DNA from: Chiloscyllium plagiosum
Taxonomy: Eukaryota
DNA: 64,000 nt
Assembly (NCBI RefSeq): GCF_004010195.1
Contig: NC_057728.1
Location: forward strand, 48,777,152 to 48,841,151
Direction of reading: 5' to 3'
Shown: in pieces, positions 1 to 12,839 of the stretch
How positions within the stretch are numbered: the stretch's first letter is position 1
Layout of the letters: every line of letters begins with the position of its first letter
The notes under the pieces: generated by a model
Database searches by the model: none
Seen by the model: only the letters and a program-made list of their open reading frames with translations
Told to the model about the DNA's origin: nothing
Program-made: the position numbers and the translations under genes

Positions 1-170
1 GCTACAGCTCCTTGATGCCACACTCAGTCAAAAGAGCCTTAATGTCAAGGGCTGTCGCTCTCACCTAATGTCTGGATTTCAGCTCTTTTTTCCACGCTTG
101 AACCAAGGCTATAACGAGGAGCTGAGTGGCCATGGCAGAACCTAAGTGGCATCTGAACAGAAAACAAGTG
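1..170 (-). mobile_element. L2/CR1-group LINE fragment (RT region)
   Basis: Close match to 20050-20230 in this window (ctccttgatgccacactcagtcaaa...). Confidence 0.6.
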
Positions 171-189
171 TGGTTGCTTTACAGGCAGC

Positions 190-655
190 TTAGGAGGTTC
201 GCTAGATTGATTCCAATGAAGAAAGTTTTACCTTGAGAGATTGAGCAATTTAGGCCTGTATGCTCTCGAGTTAAGCCTGAGGGGAGGTCCAAGTGAGTTC
301 GTTAAGATGTTAAAGGGAATTGACAAAGTAGATATACAATAGAGGCCTTCCCTTGTGTGACAATGTAGAACAAGAGGCCACAGTTTAGGATAATGAATAG
401 CAGATTTAAAACTGAGATGAAGAGAAATTACTTCTCTCCAAAGAGTAACAAGTTATAGAAATTCATTACCCAGGAGTGATGAATACCAGCACTTAAGGAG
501 AATAGACAGATTTTTAATTTATAATGAGTTGAAGGGTTATGAACAGCAGACAGGAAAGTGGAGTTCTGACCAAGATGAGATCAGTCATGATCATAATAAA
601 TGGCAGAGTATGCCCGAGGGGCTGAATTGCCTGCTGGTACTCCTAGTCATGTTCT
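190..655 (+). mobile_element. Degenerate CR1 LINE 3' end
   Basis: Decayed LYALE..LRGxxxEFVKMLKG-type segment and CR1-like 3' UTR. Confidence 0.6.
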
Positions 656-998
656 AAGAGGAGGATTGCAGGTGGCAGCTAGAGAATGGGCTCCAGAGCA
701 GATACTGAAAACAATTGCTACAGCTTCCAATATTCAAGTGGAGAAATTTCTGCTTCTGTAGTTGTTAAGTGAAAAGAAAATTAAAATACAAAAGCAAACT
801 TCCCATTTGCAAAACCATAGTAATAATCTCTCTCAAGCCAGCAATGGCATTCAGACAGAAAACTAAAAGTCATGAATAAACCCAACCATTTATTTTAGTA
901 TCAGCTTCATTAAATCTTTGCATTATATCTTTGTAACTACCATTTATGATAACCCTGATTTATAAATATATTACCTTTGACAGTAAAGATAACCTTAC

Positions 999-1254
999 CC
1001 TCTGAGCTTTAGCAAGTTCTTCTTTTAGTCTTTCGTAGCCTTTCTCCCTGACTTCCAATACAAAGGGACTTCTCAAATGAGACAAACTGTCTGTACTTTG
1101 GCCCAAGGCATCTTCTGCATCTTCTTGCACTTCATTTGCGAGTACACCTTGTAAAAATTCCACCTCAGCACGATGATTGCCAATATCACTCGTCTGATGT
1201 TTTGATGAGCCGTACACTGTTCCAGAAGTGGCACATGACATTGAGAACTGATTG
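999..1254 (-). CDS. rab3ip: RAB3IP second coding exon (start of the Sec2 coiled coil); gene continues off the left edge of the window
   Basis: Encodes ...AEVEFLQG...[33 protein letters not shown], a highly conserved RAB3IP segment. Acceptor ttccag|C at 1255/1254 fits phase 2 from the previous exon; donor AGG|gtaagg at 999/998 (phase 0). Length 256 bp. Confidence 0.92.
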
Positions 1255-1321
1255 CTGGAATCATTAATAACATTATGAATAGATGATGAACACTGATTTA
1301 GGAAAGTATGAAGAATTTAGT

Positions 1322-2430
1322 AGAGTCATAGAGATGTACAGCATGGAAACAGACCCTTCGGTCCAACCCGTCCATGCCGATCAGATATCCCAACCCAATC
1401 AAGTCCCACCTGCCAGCACCCGGCCCATATCCCTCCAAATCCTTCCTATTCATATACCCATCCAAGTGCCTTTTAAATGTTGCAATTGTACCAGCCTCCA
1501 CCACATCCTCTGGCAGCTCATTCCATACACGTACCACCCTCTGCATGAAAAAGTTGCCCTTAGGTCTCTTTTATATCTTTCCCCTCTCACCCTAAACCTA
1601 TGCCCTCTAGTTCTGGACTCCCCAGCCCCAGGGAAAAGACTTTGTCTATTTATCCTATCCATGCCCCTATCCATGCCCATAATTTTGTAAACCTCTATAA
1701 GGTCACCCCTCAGCCTCCGACGCTCCAGGGAAAACAGCCCCAGCCTGTTCAGCCTCTCCCTATAGCTCAAATCCTCCAACCCTGGCAACATCCTCGTAAA
1801 TCTTTTCTGAACCATTTCAAGTTTCGGAAGGAAACCAGAATTGCAGGCAATATTCCAACAGTGGCCTAACCAATGTCCTGTACAGCCGCAACATGACCTC
1901 CCAACTCCTGTACTCAATACTCTGACCGATAAAGGAAAGCATACCAAACGCTTTCTTCACTATCCTATCTACCTGCGACTCCACTTTCAAGGAGTTTTGA
2001 ACCTGCACTCCAAGGTCTCTTTGCTCAGCAACACTCCCTAGGACCTTACCATTCCGTGTATAAGTCCTGCTAAGATTTGCTTTCCCAAAATGCAGCACCT
2101 CGCATTTATCGGAATTAAACTCCATCTGCCACTTCTCAGACCATTGGCCCATCTGGTCCAGATCCTGTTGTAATCGGAGGTAGCCTTCTTTGCTGTCCAC
2201 TACACCTCCAATTTTGGTGTCATCTGCAAACTTACTAACTGTACCTCTTATGCTCGCATCCAAATCATTTATGTAAATGACAAAACGTAGTGGACCCAGC
2301 ACCGATCCTTTTGGCACTCCACTGGTCACAGGCCTCCAGTCTGAAAAGCAACCCTCCACCACCACCACCCTCTGTCTTCTACCTTTGAGCCAGTTCTGTA
2401 TCCAAATGGCTAGTTCTCCCTGTATTCCAT
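1322..2430 (-). mobile_element. CR1 LINE (HER1-like), 5'-truncated, RT C-half plus 3' UTR
   Basis: ORFs contain SGVPKGSVLGP, SKFADDTKIGG, LYRTLVRPLLEYC and RRLRGDLIEVYKIM; ends in a (ctctatga)n-type tail at 1322. Confidence 0.92.
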
Positions 2431-3080
2431 AGTTAGGAAGGCAATTGCAATGATGGCAATTATTTTGCAAGGACTTGAATATAAAAGTAGGATGTACTTC
2501 TGACGCACTACAATGCTCTGGGGTCAGGTCACATTTGGAGTAGTGTGTGCAGTTTTGAGCTCCATACCTCAAGATGATGTACTGGTCCTGCAGGGAGTTC
2601 AGAGGAGGTTCAGAATGGTCCCAGGAATAAAAAGCTTAACAAATGAGGAATGTTTGAGGACTCTGGGTCTATACTTGGAGTTTAGAAGGATATCGGGAGT
2701 GGAATCGAATTGAAACTTACAGAATACTGAATGGTTTGGACAGAGTGGATATTGTGAAGATGTTTCCATTGGTAGGAGAGACTAAAATTCAAAAGGCACA
2801 TTCTTAGAGTAAAGGGAAGACCTTTTACAATGGAGATAAAGAGAAACCTTTTCAGCCAGATTGGTGAATCTATGGAATTCACTGCCAGAGAAGGCTGTGG
2901 AGGCCAGGTCATTGAGTATATTTAAGACAGAGATAGATAATTTCTTGGTTGTCAAGTGGATCAAGGGTTACAGGGAGAAAGCAGGAGAATGGGATGGAGA
3001 AACTTAACAGCCATGATTGAATGGCGGAACAGACTCTCTGGGCTAAATGGCCTAATGTCTGCTCCTATGCCTTATAGTCT
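2431..3080 (+). mobile_element. CR1 LINE 3' fragment (different subfamily)
   Basis: VQRRFRMVPGIKSL..EECLRTLGLY motif; tail gctcctatgccttatagtct. Confidence 0.8.
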
Positions 3081-3131
3081 AACAAAATTCAGCCTATTCA
3101 CTCTGAAGTGCGAAACTTTACAGGACCACAG

Positions 3132-3475
3132 AATTAGATTAGATTAGATTAGATTCCCTATAATATGGAAATAGGCCATTCGGCCCAACAAGTCCACACC
3201 AAGCCTCCAATGTGTAACCCACCCACACCCAACCCCCTAACCTGTATTTACCCTTGACTAATGCTCCTAACACTATGAGCAATTTAGCATGGCCAATTCA
3301 CCTGAAATGCACATCTTTGCACTGTGGGAGGAAACCGGACCACCCGGAGGAAACCCATGCAGACAAAGGGAGAATGCGCAAACTCCACACATACAGTTGC
3401 CCGAGGCGGGAATCAAACACGGGTCCCTGGCGCTGTGATGCAGCAATGCTAAGCACTGAGCCACTGTGCCGACCA
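3132..3475 (-). mobile_element. HE1-type tRNA-derived SINE
   Basis: A box (tggctcagtg), B box (gtttgattcc), central domain, CR1-derived tail and (aatct)n end. Confidence 0.85.
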
Positions 3476-4289
3476 TTAAAGGTATACCCTGCACAGTTAA
3501 ATTAATAACAGATTGCTGTTGCACAGCTATAATGAGATTGTTCGGTGTTCTAATTTTTCTGTACATGCAACAAAATAACGGTTACAACTAGAAGCAAAAT
3601 TTAAATACAGGATTATTTAGATTCAGGCCCTCAGGATATGGGACATATTTTTAGCACTTGACAGCTACACCAAACAAATTCTCCATCTCCAAGGTAGCAA
3701 AATACAACAGTTAACATGACCTAAGCATGAAAGAAAAAAAAGAATTTTCTGCAAAATGAAAACCAACATTGCAGCAAGTTGATACAAAAACATTTGAAAA
3801 ATTGCATAAAATGTATTTTCAGTGCACAATTATTGCAGTTATGAATCTCAAACCTCCTTGCCTAAAAACTATATCACTTACTCAGCAAACTGCCATTGTT
3901 TTAAAATGAAATTCTCTCTCATTTTCTACCAAAATTTAAAACAGTTCAGATTCCCAAGTGTTCTCTAGCATCTCATCTAGTTGCCTGTGTTTAATGGGGG
4001 TGCTTACAATTAGTGCCATGGGGGCCATCACATCCAAAGTTAGATCCACTCCTCCCCTGCTGTGCATTGAAATGATTCAAATAATTTTTGAGATGGAGCC
4101 AGAGTGGAAAACTTGCTGGCATTCCCCTAACTCAAGGGTGATAATAGTCAACTGTAGCATTCTAAAACTACCCTGTGGAATCTTCCTTGAAGATTTCTAC
4201 CTTAGTTGCACTTTTATTTACCAAATGTCTCACCATGATAGGTGGCCAAATATTATTCAATTAAGATACAACCTTTTTACTATTGGCAT

Positions 4290-4440
4290 AGAACAACAAC
4301 AGCTTCACAGGAGGCTCCATAGCACTGAAGACGTCAGAGAGACAGGGACGAAAAGTCTGCAAATCAACTTCCCAGCTCGGCGAACATACCAACAACCATG
4401 AAAACCAGCTCGCAAGCTACAAATCTTTAGACAAACCCTG
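4290..4440 (+). mobile_element. Penelope-like element 3' terminus with a minimal hammerhead core
   Basis: gca-CTGAAGA-cgtc...gac-GAAA-a-GTC-tgc at 4322-4360; downstream ...agctacaaatctt resembles the end of the GIY-YIG-bearing copy at 48890-49420. Confidence 0.65.
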
Positions 4441-4646
4441 AATAGAGCAACAAAACTTAAACATGAATGACTGCCATTAAAACTAATCTGCTAAAAAGGA
4501 CATTTCCAAAATAAAGGCCGTGCTCTGAAATTACTATTTTTCTTTCAAAAATACCCATTTATCCCTTATAATTTTTTTTGCTTCATCAACAAACATAAGA
4601 ATATCATTGGTTACAGCACATGATCAAATTGGAAGGTTAGACATAC

Positions 4647-4882
4647 CTGACATTTCTTGACTCTCCACTGCTGAGATGTTGAGAGGATGGATAAATTGGC
4701 TGTGTAGGAAGATCTACAGCAACCAGTGTAGTGGGTTGAATTGGGGTTGAGCTCACCAATGAAAGAGGGTGATAAGGAAGCTCTGAAGTAGCAATTTCTG
4801 AGGTCTCCAGTTCAGGGTAACCTGGAGAGGAAGGTGAAGCCAAGTTCACCTCATGGAAGCCTTCAAGAGTGTTGCTTGCCAT
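4647..4882 (-). CDS. rab3ip: RAB3A-interacting protein (Rabin8), first coding exon (whole exon 4647-4907)
   Basis: Translates MASNTLEGFHEVNLASPSSP...DLPTQPIYPSSQHLSSGESRNV, matching the vertebrate RAB3IP N-terminus as I recall it (LEGFHEVNLASP, LPTQP). Acceptor tttag|G at 4908/4907, ATG at 4882-4880, donor AG|gtatgt at 4647/4646 (phase 2). Confidence 0.93.
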
Positions 4883-6051
4883 AGCAGTAGGTTCATTATA
4901 ACAAGCCCTAAATAGGTAGAAAAGATAAATTTTAAAAAGTCTAGGGAAAAGGAGACCCCCAATAACATCCAATTAATTTTAATGTATTCATTAATCTCTT
5001 AACAGCAAAAAAAGTAGCATGAAACAAGCACCTCCAGCTTGTCCTTAAGTAGAACATTTTGAATTAACCACACTAGTAAAAATAGCAAGAGAACCTGACA
5101 GAAATTCAAATTTTGCAGTAAACCAATGAAAAGCAGCCGTGACAGAGCAATAGCCAGATAGGCACCACCCTGATATCCAGGCTAAAGGGAATGCGCCTTT
5201 GCTTCCTTAGTTGAGTTGGTTGCTGAGGAAACAGTAATCAAAAATTCTGCATTTTCCCCCCATGTCACTAGTACTTCCATCATAAAGACCACTGCTCTTT
5301 CTTTGCATGTAGTTACTAATCTCAGCACCGGTTATAACTTATAATCCTTTCAAATTTAAATCTCTTTAATGTGCACAAACAGGGATAATAATGATTTGCA
5401 AATTGTTAAGTGATAAATGAAAATCAAGGTAACCAACAACTAAACAGCAAGACTGTGATAAGAAATAAACAGCTCTCCTGCTAAAGTGCTGTCCTCATTG
5501 TATAGTACAATAAAAACAAACATTGAATCTATGAAATTGAACCTACTGTGTCACTAGATTAAAACTTTAACCACCTGCTTTTAAACTAACTTTCTTCTTC
5601 TTCTACAGAAGGGATTGAATCTGCTTCACTAATTATGGTTCTAAAGCACTGGTCATTTTTCAGGACATTGCATCATCGCATCATATTAGTCCAAATGCAG
5701 TGTTGATACAAAAATACAGATCAAATGTTTCAGCAAACATGATACAGAAGGTTATAGTTTTTGTAGTGTGAAGCCAGAAATTAGGTTGTACCCTGCCACT
5801 TTTGTAGACCTGCCTTAATATTAGGATTTCTTAGTAAAATTCAAAGCACATTCGTGTTATACGGCAACAGCACCAAAGAGGTGAACCAAGTATTTCCGTT
5901 TCTCTTCCATTCATTGCAATCACAATTTAATAAATTGTCTTTAGTAAAATTTAGACTGTCTGACAATAGCAGCTTTAAAACTTAAGTTTTCCACATGACT
6001 TTTACAATTAAAATTTCATTTATAAGAGAGGTATGACTTAAATGGAATGTT

Positions 6052-6250
6052 CTGGATCAGTGGTGCTGGAAGAGCACAGCAATTCAGGCAGCATCCAACG
6101 AGCAGCGAAATCGACGTTTCGGGCGGCTTTTGCCCGAAACGCCGATTTCGCTGCTCGTTGGATGCTGCCTGAATTGCTGTGCTCTTCCAGCACCACTGAT
6201 CCAGAATCTGGTTTCCAGCATCTGCAGTTATTGTTTTTACCTCGTTGATT
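6052..6250 (+). mobile_element. Penelope-like terminal-repeat insertion forming a 75-bp-arm palindrome
   Basis: Inverted arms 6050-6124 and 6132-6206 with one mismatch; 14-bp TSD TTAAATGGAATGTT at 6038-6051 and 6251-6264. Confidence 0.8.
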
Positions 6251-7544
6251 TTAAATGGAATGTTGTTAATGGCATTTTATTTTCATAGGCTGAAACAGTG
6301 TGAAAGGAAGATCAGGGGTAGAAAAATGAGAAAGAAGAGGGTAAAGCTTGGCAGGTGACCCTCGTCAGTCAGGTGGGCACCTACATTAAGAACCCACCCC
6401 CAACTTGACTCTCTCTTTTCATAGACTTCCCCTTACCACACTGAAACACACTGGATTACACGTTTCCTGATCTGGGGGACTGCCAACCAGGAAGTGAAAT
6501 TTCCATCCTGGTGAGGACAGAAAAGCCATTTCCAGCTAATTAACACTCCACCGAGCATTAAATAGCTCACAGGCTTCAACAACTGAAGAGGACAAATTCT
6601 CTACTATTCTTCAGGTGGTGGGGTGACAAACAAAAAAATGCACATCTTATAGTTTCACACTCAATAGTCAGGAGAAAACTCATTGTAGCTTTTATTTTAA
6701 TTTTGTTTGCCACTGCTACCTTTAATAGTCCAAATCAATGAAAGCAAAAACATAAATGTGGAAGCTATATAATAAAAACTTTAGCTTTATTAAAAACGTC
6801 ACCAAACTGAGTTAAATATATTCAGTTGGGATTCCAGTTATGAATTTATTAATGCAGAGGCAAAATTGTGAAAGCACAAAAGTAACTTGTTTGTGACTTG
6901 CAACAAAAAAATTGCACTTGGCCCCAGTTAGATCTGATGGGCTACCATAAAAATCCACGGTATCCACAGAATATGGCCCATAACCTACAGATCCTTCAAT
7001 AAAAGGAAATTTAGTTCTGGAGGAATTACTTAATAAAGTAGTTTTATGGGTTCAATAATAAAACTAGGGTAGTTTAAATTGGGTGTTGAAAACAGGGTGC
7101 ATTTTTCTTTGAGCTGTTTTTTGAACTTGCCCAGTTAGGCTGTTTTGTTAATGTAATGGCAACAGGGATCATAATACATCATGAGACTTAAGGTTTACAA
7201 GAGTACAACCCAGTAAAAAAAAAGACTATCTGGTCTGGTCCGTAACATGTGTACAGTAGCATACACTACAGGCAAACAGAAATCTCACAGGTGATGCCCT
7301 TCTCACCACCAGCTAAGCTTGTTGGAAAGTTCTGCTGATGAGATATTCTGCCAAATTACTTTGGCAGTCTGTTCTAGGAACAACGTGACGGGATCTACAA
7401 TACATGTTGATCACTTCCTGATGGATTTGCTGTCAAATATGTTTTCCTTGCAAATTTCTCCACAAAGGACAGGTGACATACAACGACCCAACTGTTTGGA
7501 GCACTCCGTGGCAACGAGGCTAGTTCCAGCCTTTCCAACAGTGG

Positions 7545-7804
7545 GGACAGGTAACAGACCTAAGGGGCAACTTTTTCACACAGAGGGTGGTACGGGTATA
7601 GAATTAGCTGCCAGACGAAGTGGTGTAGACTGGTACAATTGCAACATTTAAGAGGCATTTGGATGGGTATATGAATAGGAAGGGTTTGGAGGGATATGGG
7701 CTGGGTGCAGGCAGGTGGGACTAGATTGGGTTGGGATATCTGGTCGGCATGGACGGGTTGGACTGAAGGGTCTGTTTCCATGCTGTACATTTCTATGACT
7801 CTAT
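7545..7804 (+). mobile_element. CR1 LINE 3' tail
   Basis: Same 3' UTR as 1322-1570 in the opposite orientation. Confidence 0.85.
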
Positions 7805-8975
7805 GGTGTTTGCATACGATGGTCAATGAAGAACTTGATGCAGCCAAACACAAACAAGTGGCCATCAGCGTGAGGGAGGTATTAGGTACAGCCTTCCCAC
7901 CTTACCTAGAGTTTGTATATGTTGCATATGTTCGGACACAGACCACCTTAGACCCCTAGATAAGCGGACGATGGCTTGGATGACTGCAATGGCACAGGTT
8001 CAGGGAATGGGATAGACCTGCACCGCATACAACACAGAGCTCCTCACACCTAAACACCAAGCTTCTACCTGCAATGGAGAGGGAAATGGTGCTCTTAAAA
8101 GTCCAGTTTCAACCTCACCTTGGTGATGCATTCCTCCCAAGATTCTGTGCAAGCTCCTGCCCGTCCAAAGCATGTTCACTGAACCTTCAGGTAATCTGTC
8201 CTGATGGTTATGAGATAACGGATCAGTTGGCCCAGTTCCCAAAGAGTGTGGCCTTGCTCTTGCATCAATTTATCTTGGCTTCAGAGGTTAGTTCAAACTG
8301 GTCACAGATGCTAATAGAGATGCTTCCTGAAGAAGGGCTTATGCCCGAAACGTCGATTCTCCTGTTCCTTGGATGCTGCCTGACCTGCTGCGCTTTTCCA
8401 GCAACACATTTTCACCACAGATGCTAATAGCTTGCACACTTATAGCCGATCTAAAAGGAAAACAGAGAGGCTTTGATCTGCAAACCTCCGCTGCCTGGAA
8501 TAGGCACCCATCTCAGGCCTGCATTTTTCCTAATAGATTCAGCAAAGGGCTCTTTACAACATAAGGCAGGAGAGCGTGGGCAGCCCTGCCGAACTCCAGA
8601 TCTGATTGGGAAGCTTTCTGATTCCCACCCATTGATTGAGTCTACATAAATGATCTTGGTATAGAGCAGTCTGATCCAATTGCAAATTCTCTCCCCAATG
8701 CCCACTACGGGCAGCACTTCCCACACTTGGCTGTGCGATATTCTGTCAAAGGCCTTCTCTTTATATAGGATGAGGCAGGCATCCACCTCCCTATCTTGCA
8801 CTAAAACAAACGTATCCCTCATGAGCCCCACGCTTTCAGAGATTGTTCTGTCCAGTAAAGCAGGTTGGGCCAGGTTGAATGACCTATCCTAAAACAGACC
8901 TGACCCTGCCAGTGATATCCTTAGTGAGGATTTTGTATCAGCAGTGAAACTGGTCACCAATTCCTCATTTTCTCC
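7805..8975 (-). mobile_element. Tx1/L1-clade LINE, decayed RT fragment
   Basis: KEKAFDRISH...WIRLLY...INGWESESFPIRSGVRQGCPRSPAL, typical L1/Tx1 RT motifs, with frameshifts. Confidence 0.8.
8318..8415 (+). mobile_element. Short Penelope-like terminus with hammerhead core
   Basis: CTGAAGA-a-gggc-ttat-gccc-GAAAC-GTC at 8327-8354; 15-bp TSD CACAGATGCTAATAG at 8303-8317 and 8416-8430. Confidence 0.8.
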
Positions 8976-11214
8976 CACAGACTAGTTGAAAGTAATAGAG
9001 ATTTTGATACCAGCAACAGGTGCATGTTAATTTAAAAAGATAGGACACAGCTAAGTCAACTCAATATGATGTGAATTTTAGAGTTTTACCTATATCTGTT
9101 TTTTGGCTCACTTTCAAAACAACTATGTTAGGTACAATAAACAATTTAAATAAAAATTCCCTGTCTATTGGATCTGTTGGCAGGTCATCCTTTATTTCCT
9201 ATTTCTATTTGTTTTAATGAAAGGGCAGGTAAGAGTTAGTCTGGGGTACATGTAATTCATTTCCAGACTGAGTAAAGTTAGCAATTGTTCTTTCCTAAAT
9301 GACATTAGTGAATGAGATGGCTTTAACAACAATCCCAAAATTGAATAACTGAGACCAACTTTTCATTTTCCAGAACTCTTAAACCAATTTTAAGTTTCAA
9401 GCTCTTATGGTGCAGCTTGAACAGAATCTCTGAACTATTAGTTCCATCTTTCATATTATTTGCCAAGTACAAAGAACTTATGGTCCTTGGTTTACAAATC
9501 TACAAAGTTCATTTTACAAGATCAATGAACAACGGTTTGTTGGACAGACTGCAGGTCAGGAGCAAAACCCTTGATTAACTGAGCAGAACTGAAAAGGCTC
9601 AGCTTGATTCAGCAAGGCCAAGCTTTAGTTTTACATCATAAGCTCTGCTAATAAGAGCCTGTAGTTCTTGAATCCTGTGGATCTCTCCTTGACCAGTTCC
9701 ATTCATTATCTACACTGTAAATTCAAAAGCTGAAGAGATGCCAAGTCACTGTCAGACAATAAATTTGCAACATAGACATTGCTGTTGTGAATTTCAACAC
9801 ATTCACGTGGATTATTGCCCCAACTAAAGCCAATTATGTTGAAAATGTATACGCAATAAATATTGTACTTAAAGAGATCTGTTTGATGAATGGCGATTTT
9901 GTAAAGGAATTAAAATTCCCAAACTATTTTCTACTGGCACAACTACACATTAGGCTGCTAAATTAACCACATTGCGGAGATCCCATATTTTACAATACTT
10001 AGGTCATATGCTACAGCAGAGGTTCTCAAGCCTTTTGCTACTGATTAATTACAATGACAAAAAGCAAATGGTGCTTGAATAGAGGTTTCATGCTTATTAA
10101 CTTAATATCTCAATTCCGAAGGATTTCAAAGACTCTTAGGTAGTACTGGTGTACACATTATACACTTTGGGTAGAGCATATCTTCACTTTTAGTGCAATA
10201 CTGCAATATTAATTTTATAGTTTTGAAGTGGATGACAAATTATTCATCTGATATCTATATTAATTCTTCACAATTACTTTTCTCTATTCTTCATACATTA
10301 AACTTGCTCTTCCCAAAATCGCTCCCATTATATTTGCGATTAGGTCTGGCACCCTGTCATACAGTTGTTTTCTTGGACAGAGATTTGTTGCGGTGCAGGT
10401 TTGCCATTGTTTCTCAAAAGGAGTGCAAGAAACAAATTACAGCAATGATATGCCCGCTATAAAACAGATCAATTAATACCTACAGAAAAGCAGGCCTAAA
10501 AATAATGGTGGATGCCTTCAAACCTTTGATTTCAGAAACCCTATGCAAAGATGACTTTGGGTCATGCAGCAGCCTAACAACATGCCATTACAACTGAACT
10601 GCCTGTCTGTAAAAACAACTGTATTGAAACAGAAAGGCTTCATTTCACGGTGAAGTGAAATTTAGTAACAGTAATTGATGTAAAATAAGTGCATACACAA
10701 CTTAGTTAGAAATTAACATGGAAAGGAAAATGGAAACACTAACAGCTCAGTGGGTAATGAGATTTCCTAGTAGGATATTAACATAGGGTTTGAGGTGCCA
10801 AGGTTCACTACCTCAATTCTGCAGTGTGAGCTGCAATTGATATAAAGAACTTTCCCTTGCATAGCTTACGTAACTTTCTCAGCCCAAGGAGCAATATACT
10901 GACATCAGCAGTTGGTTCAATTGTTAGGCCATTTGAATGACACTCAATTTAAACAAGGAACAACCACGTGAACATTGGCTTTGGCAGCCCCAAGTTACAA
11001 TGAAGCTGTACACCACAAAATGCAACAGGAAAGGGGAAGCAGAAAATCCTTGCATTAGATCAATTTATCAACTACCACAACTAAGAGAGCCGAAAATCAT
11101 TATTTTGCACTATTCGCGCTGAACATAGGATTTGGGAGAAGTAGGCCCTTCAAGCCTGTCCTGCTATTTGATAAGGTCTAGATTGTTGTCCTACCAGATT
11201 GTTTTTGATGTTGC

Positions 11215-11450
11215 TGAAATATTTCTAATCAACCGGTTTAGAAATATTATTACAAACATCTTGAATCAGTGGAACTTGAACCAGATCTCTGAGCTCAGAG
11301 ATAAGGAACACTACCACTACACTAGAAAGGCCTATAGATATTTTAGTCAACCTGTTCAGATATGCTAAGACACACGTCTGAAACCTGTGGGACTTGAACC
11401 TGGATTTCCTGGCTCAGAGGTAAGGACATTAACAGAGCAAAAGAATCCAG
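11215..11450 (-). mobile_element. Two tandem copies of a short (about 120 bp) tRNA-derived SINE
   Basis: Each has a B box (ggttcaagt) and a gaacaggttgattagaaat-like end; same family as 52215-52560. Confidence 0.6.
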
Positions 11451-12839
11451 AATTCACTTTGTATACACACAAAAGTAATTACTAGGGGGGTCAGTGTTCA
11501 TAACTTCAAAAGTGAGTTTCAGCAGTCCAAGTAACCTAGTCCTGCAACTAAATTATGGCCCAATAAAGCAGAGACCACACAAATCAGAATGGGTGAAATT
11601 GACAAGCTGTTTATTACAAGCAATATAGCTGGGAGAGAAATTGACGAGGCTGACACAGAACTGACAGTCTGTACAGGTAGATCAAGCGTTCTGTTCCCTT
11701 GAGCGGAGGGTGAAGCCAGGTTTTATAATTAACCTTATTGTACAAGACTCTTAAAAACGGGGAAAAATACAATGTATTTGGAAATGGAGTAATCTAGTTA
11801 CAACGATGGTAACTGGAAAACAGTTATCAGAAGAATGTCCTGATTCATGGTACAATGCAACATCCTGACAGTAGCAATGGGTCAGGAGCTTCCAGTCTTT
11901 TTTGCAGGTAGATGAGTAAGGTGCTTCCATTGTTCCTGTCATGAGAGCAGTGTTCCTGTCCCAAGAGCAGTGTCCTTGGTGGTGTCTCTCTGTCTGACCT
12001 GTTCTTTGTGTGGCTTTGGTAATGCTGGCTTTTGAGACTGCCCTCGGGGCTTTGCGACAGTTGTGTTGATCTGGTATTGTTTGTGGGTGTTGGGAAGTGT
12101 ATTCCTTGGCTGCGAGTGCTGTCTGGTTTCACTTGTCAGTCAGCTTGGTCATGAGGCATTCTGGGTGTTTTTGGTATAGTTTGCCAAGTTTGCTTTCCTA
12201 TGGCCTGTGTGTGCCTATTATGGGTTGGGTGGGTGGCAGATCTTCTCCCACAGGCATTAATATTCTGGTTGAGCCACAAAAATCGATTTGCTATTTTAGT
12301 AAAAGTACAGATTCGAAGCTATAATCTAATTTTCTGATTCAGACCATTAGAACCTAACATTCATGCTTAATGTTTTCTCAAACACCTCGATAAGTACTTA
12401 TATTGACTCAGTACAGGCATTAAAATTCATCTTTTCGCTCAAAGTACAATTGATATAGAATTACAAGTAGATATTCACAGACACGTTATTGATCTGCTTT
12501 CAAGCCAAGTTATTTTGGTATTATTTGGTACATTTATTACAAGTTTACAAATTACTCAGGGCACAAGAAATCAAATAGCACTGAGACAATGACACTGTGC
12601 TAATTTCATTGGATCAGTAATCCAAGGACCCAGGCTAATGCTCTGGGGACATTATTAGATCCTTCAACAGATGTGATTATAAAGACAGTCTCAGCAACGA
12701 TGATCATGAAATCACCATTTATTGTTGTAAAAATCCATCTGGTTGAGGGAATAAAATTTGCTTTCCTTATATGGTCTGATCTATATGCAATTCCAGATGT
12801 GGTTGATTCTTAGCAACCCTTTGAAATTGCTGATCCAAA

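Noticed and set aside
1450..2572. Functional reverse transcriptase gene
   Set aside because: 5'-truncated, frameshifted CR1 copy; the same applies to 40851-41750 and 46401-47896.
3390..3475. tRNA genes at the SINE heads (also 16340, 17000, 28870, 60520, 63360)
   Set aside because: A and B boxes are present but there is no complete cloverleaf, and each continues into SINE body and tail.
3958..4401. 147-aa plus-strand ORF
   Set aside because: Non-ATG start, no recognisable domain, antisense within a rab3ip intron, and runs into a Penelope-like terminus.
11495..12357. Possible solo LTR on the minus strand
   Set aside because: Composition and a ...AACA end are suggestive, but I could not fix the left boundary or find a TSD.
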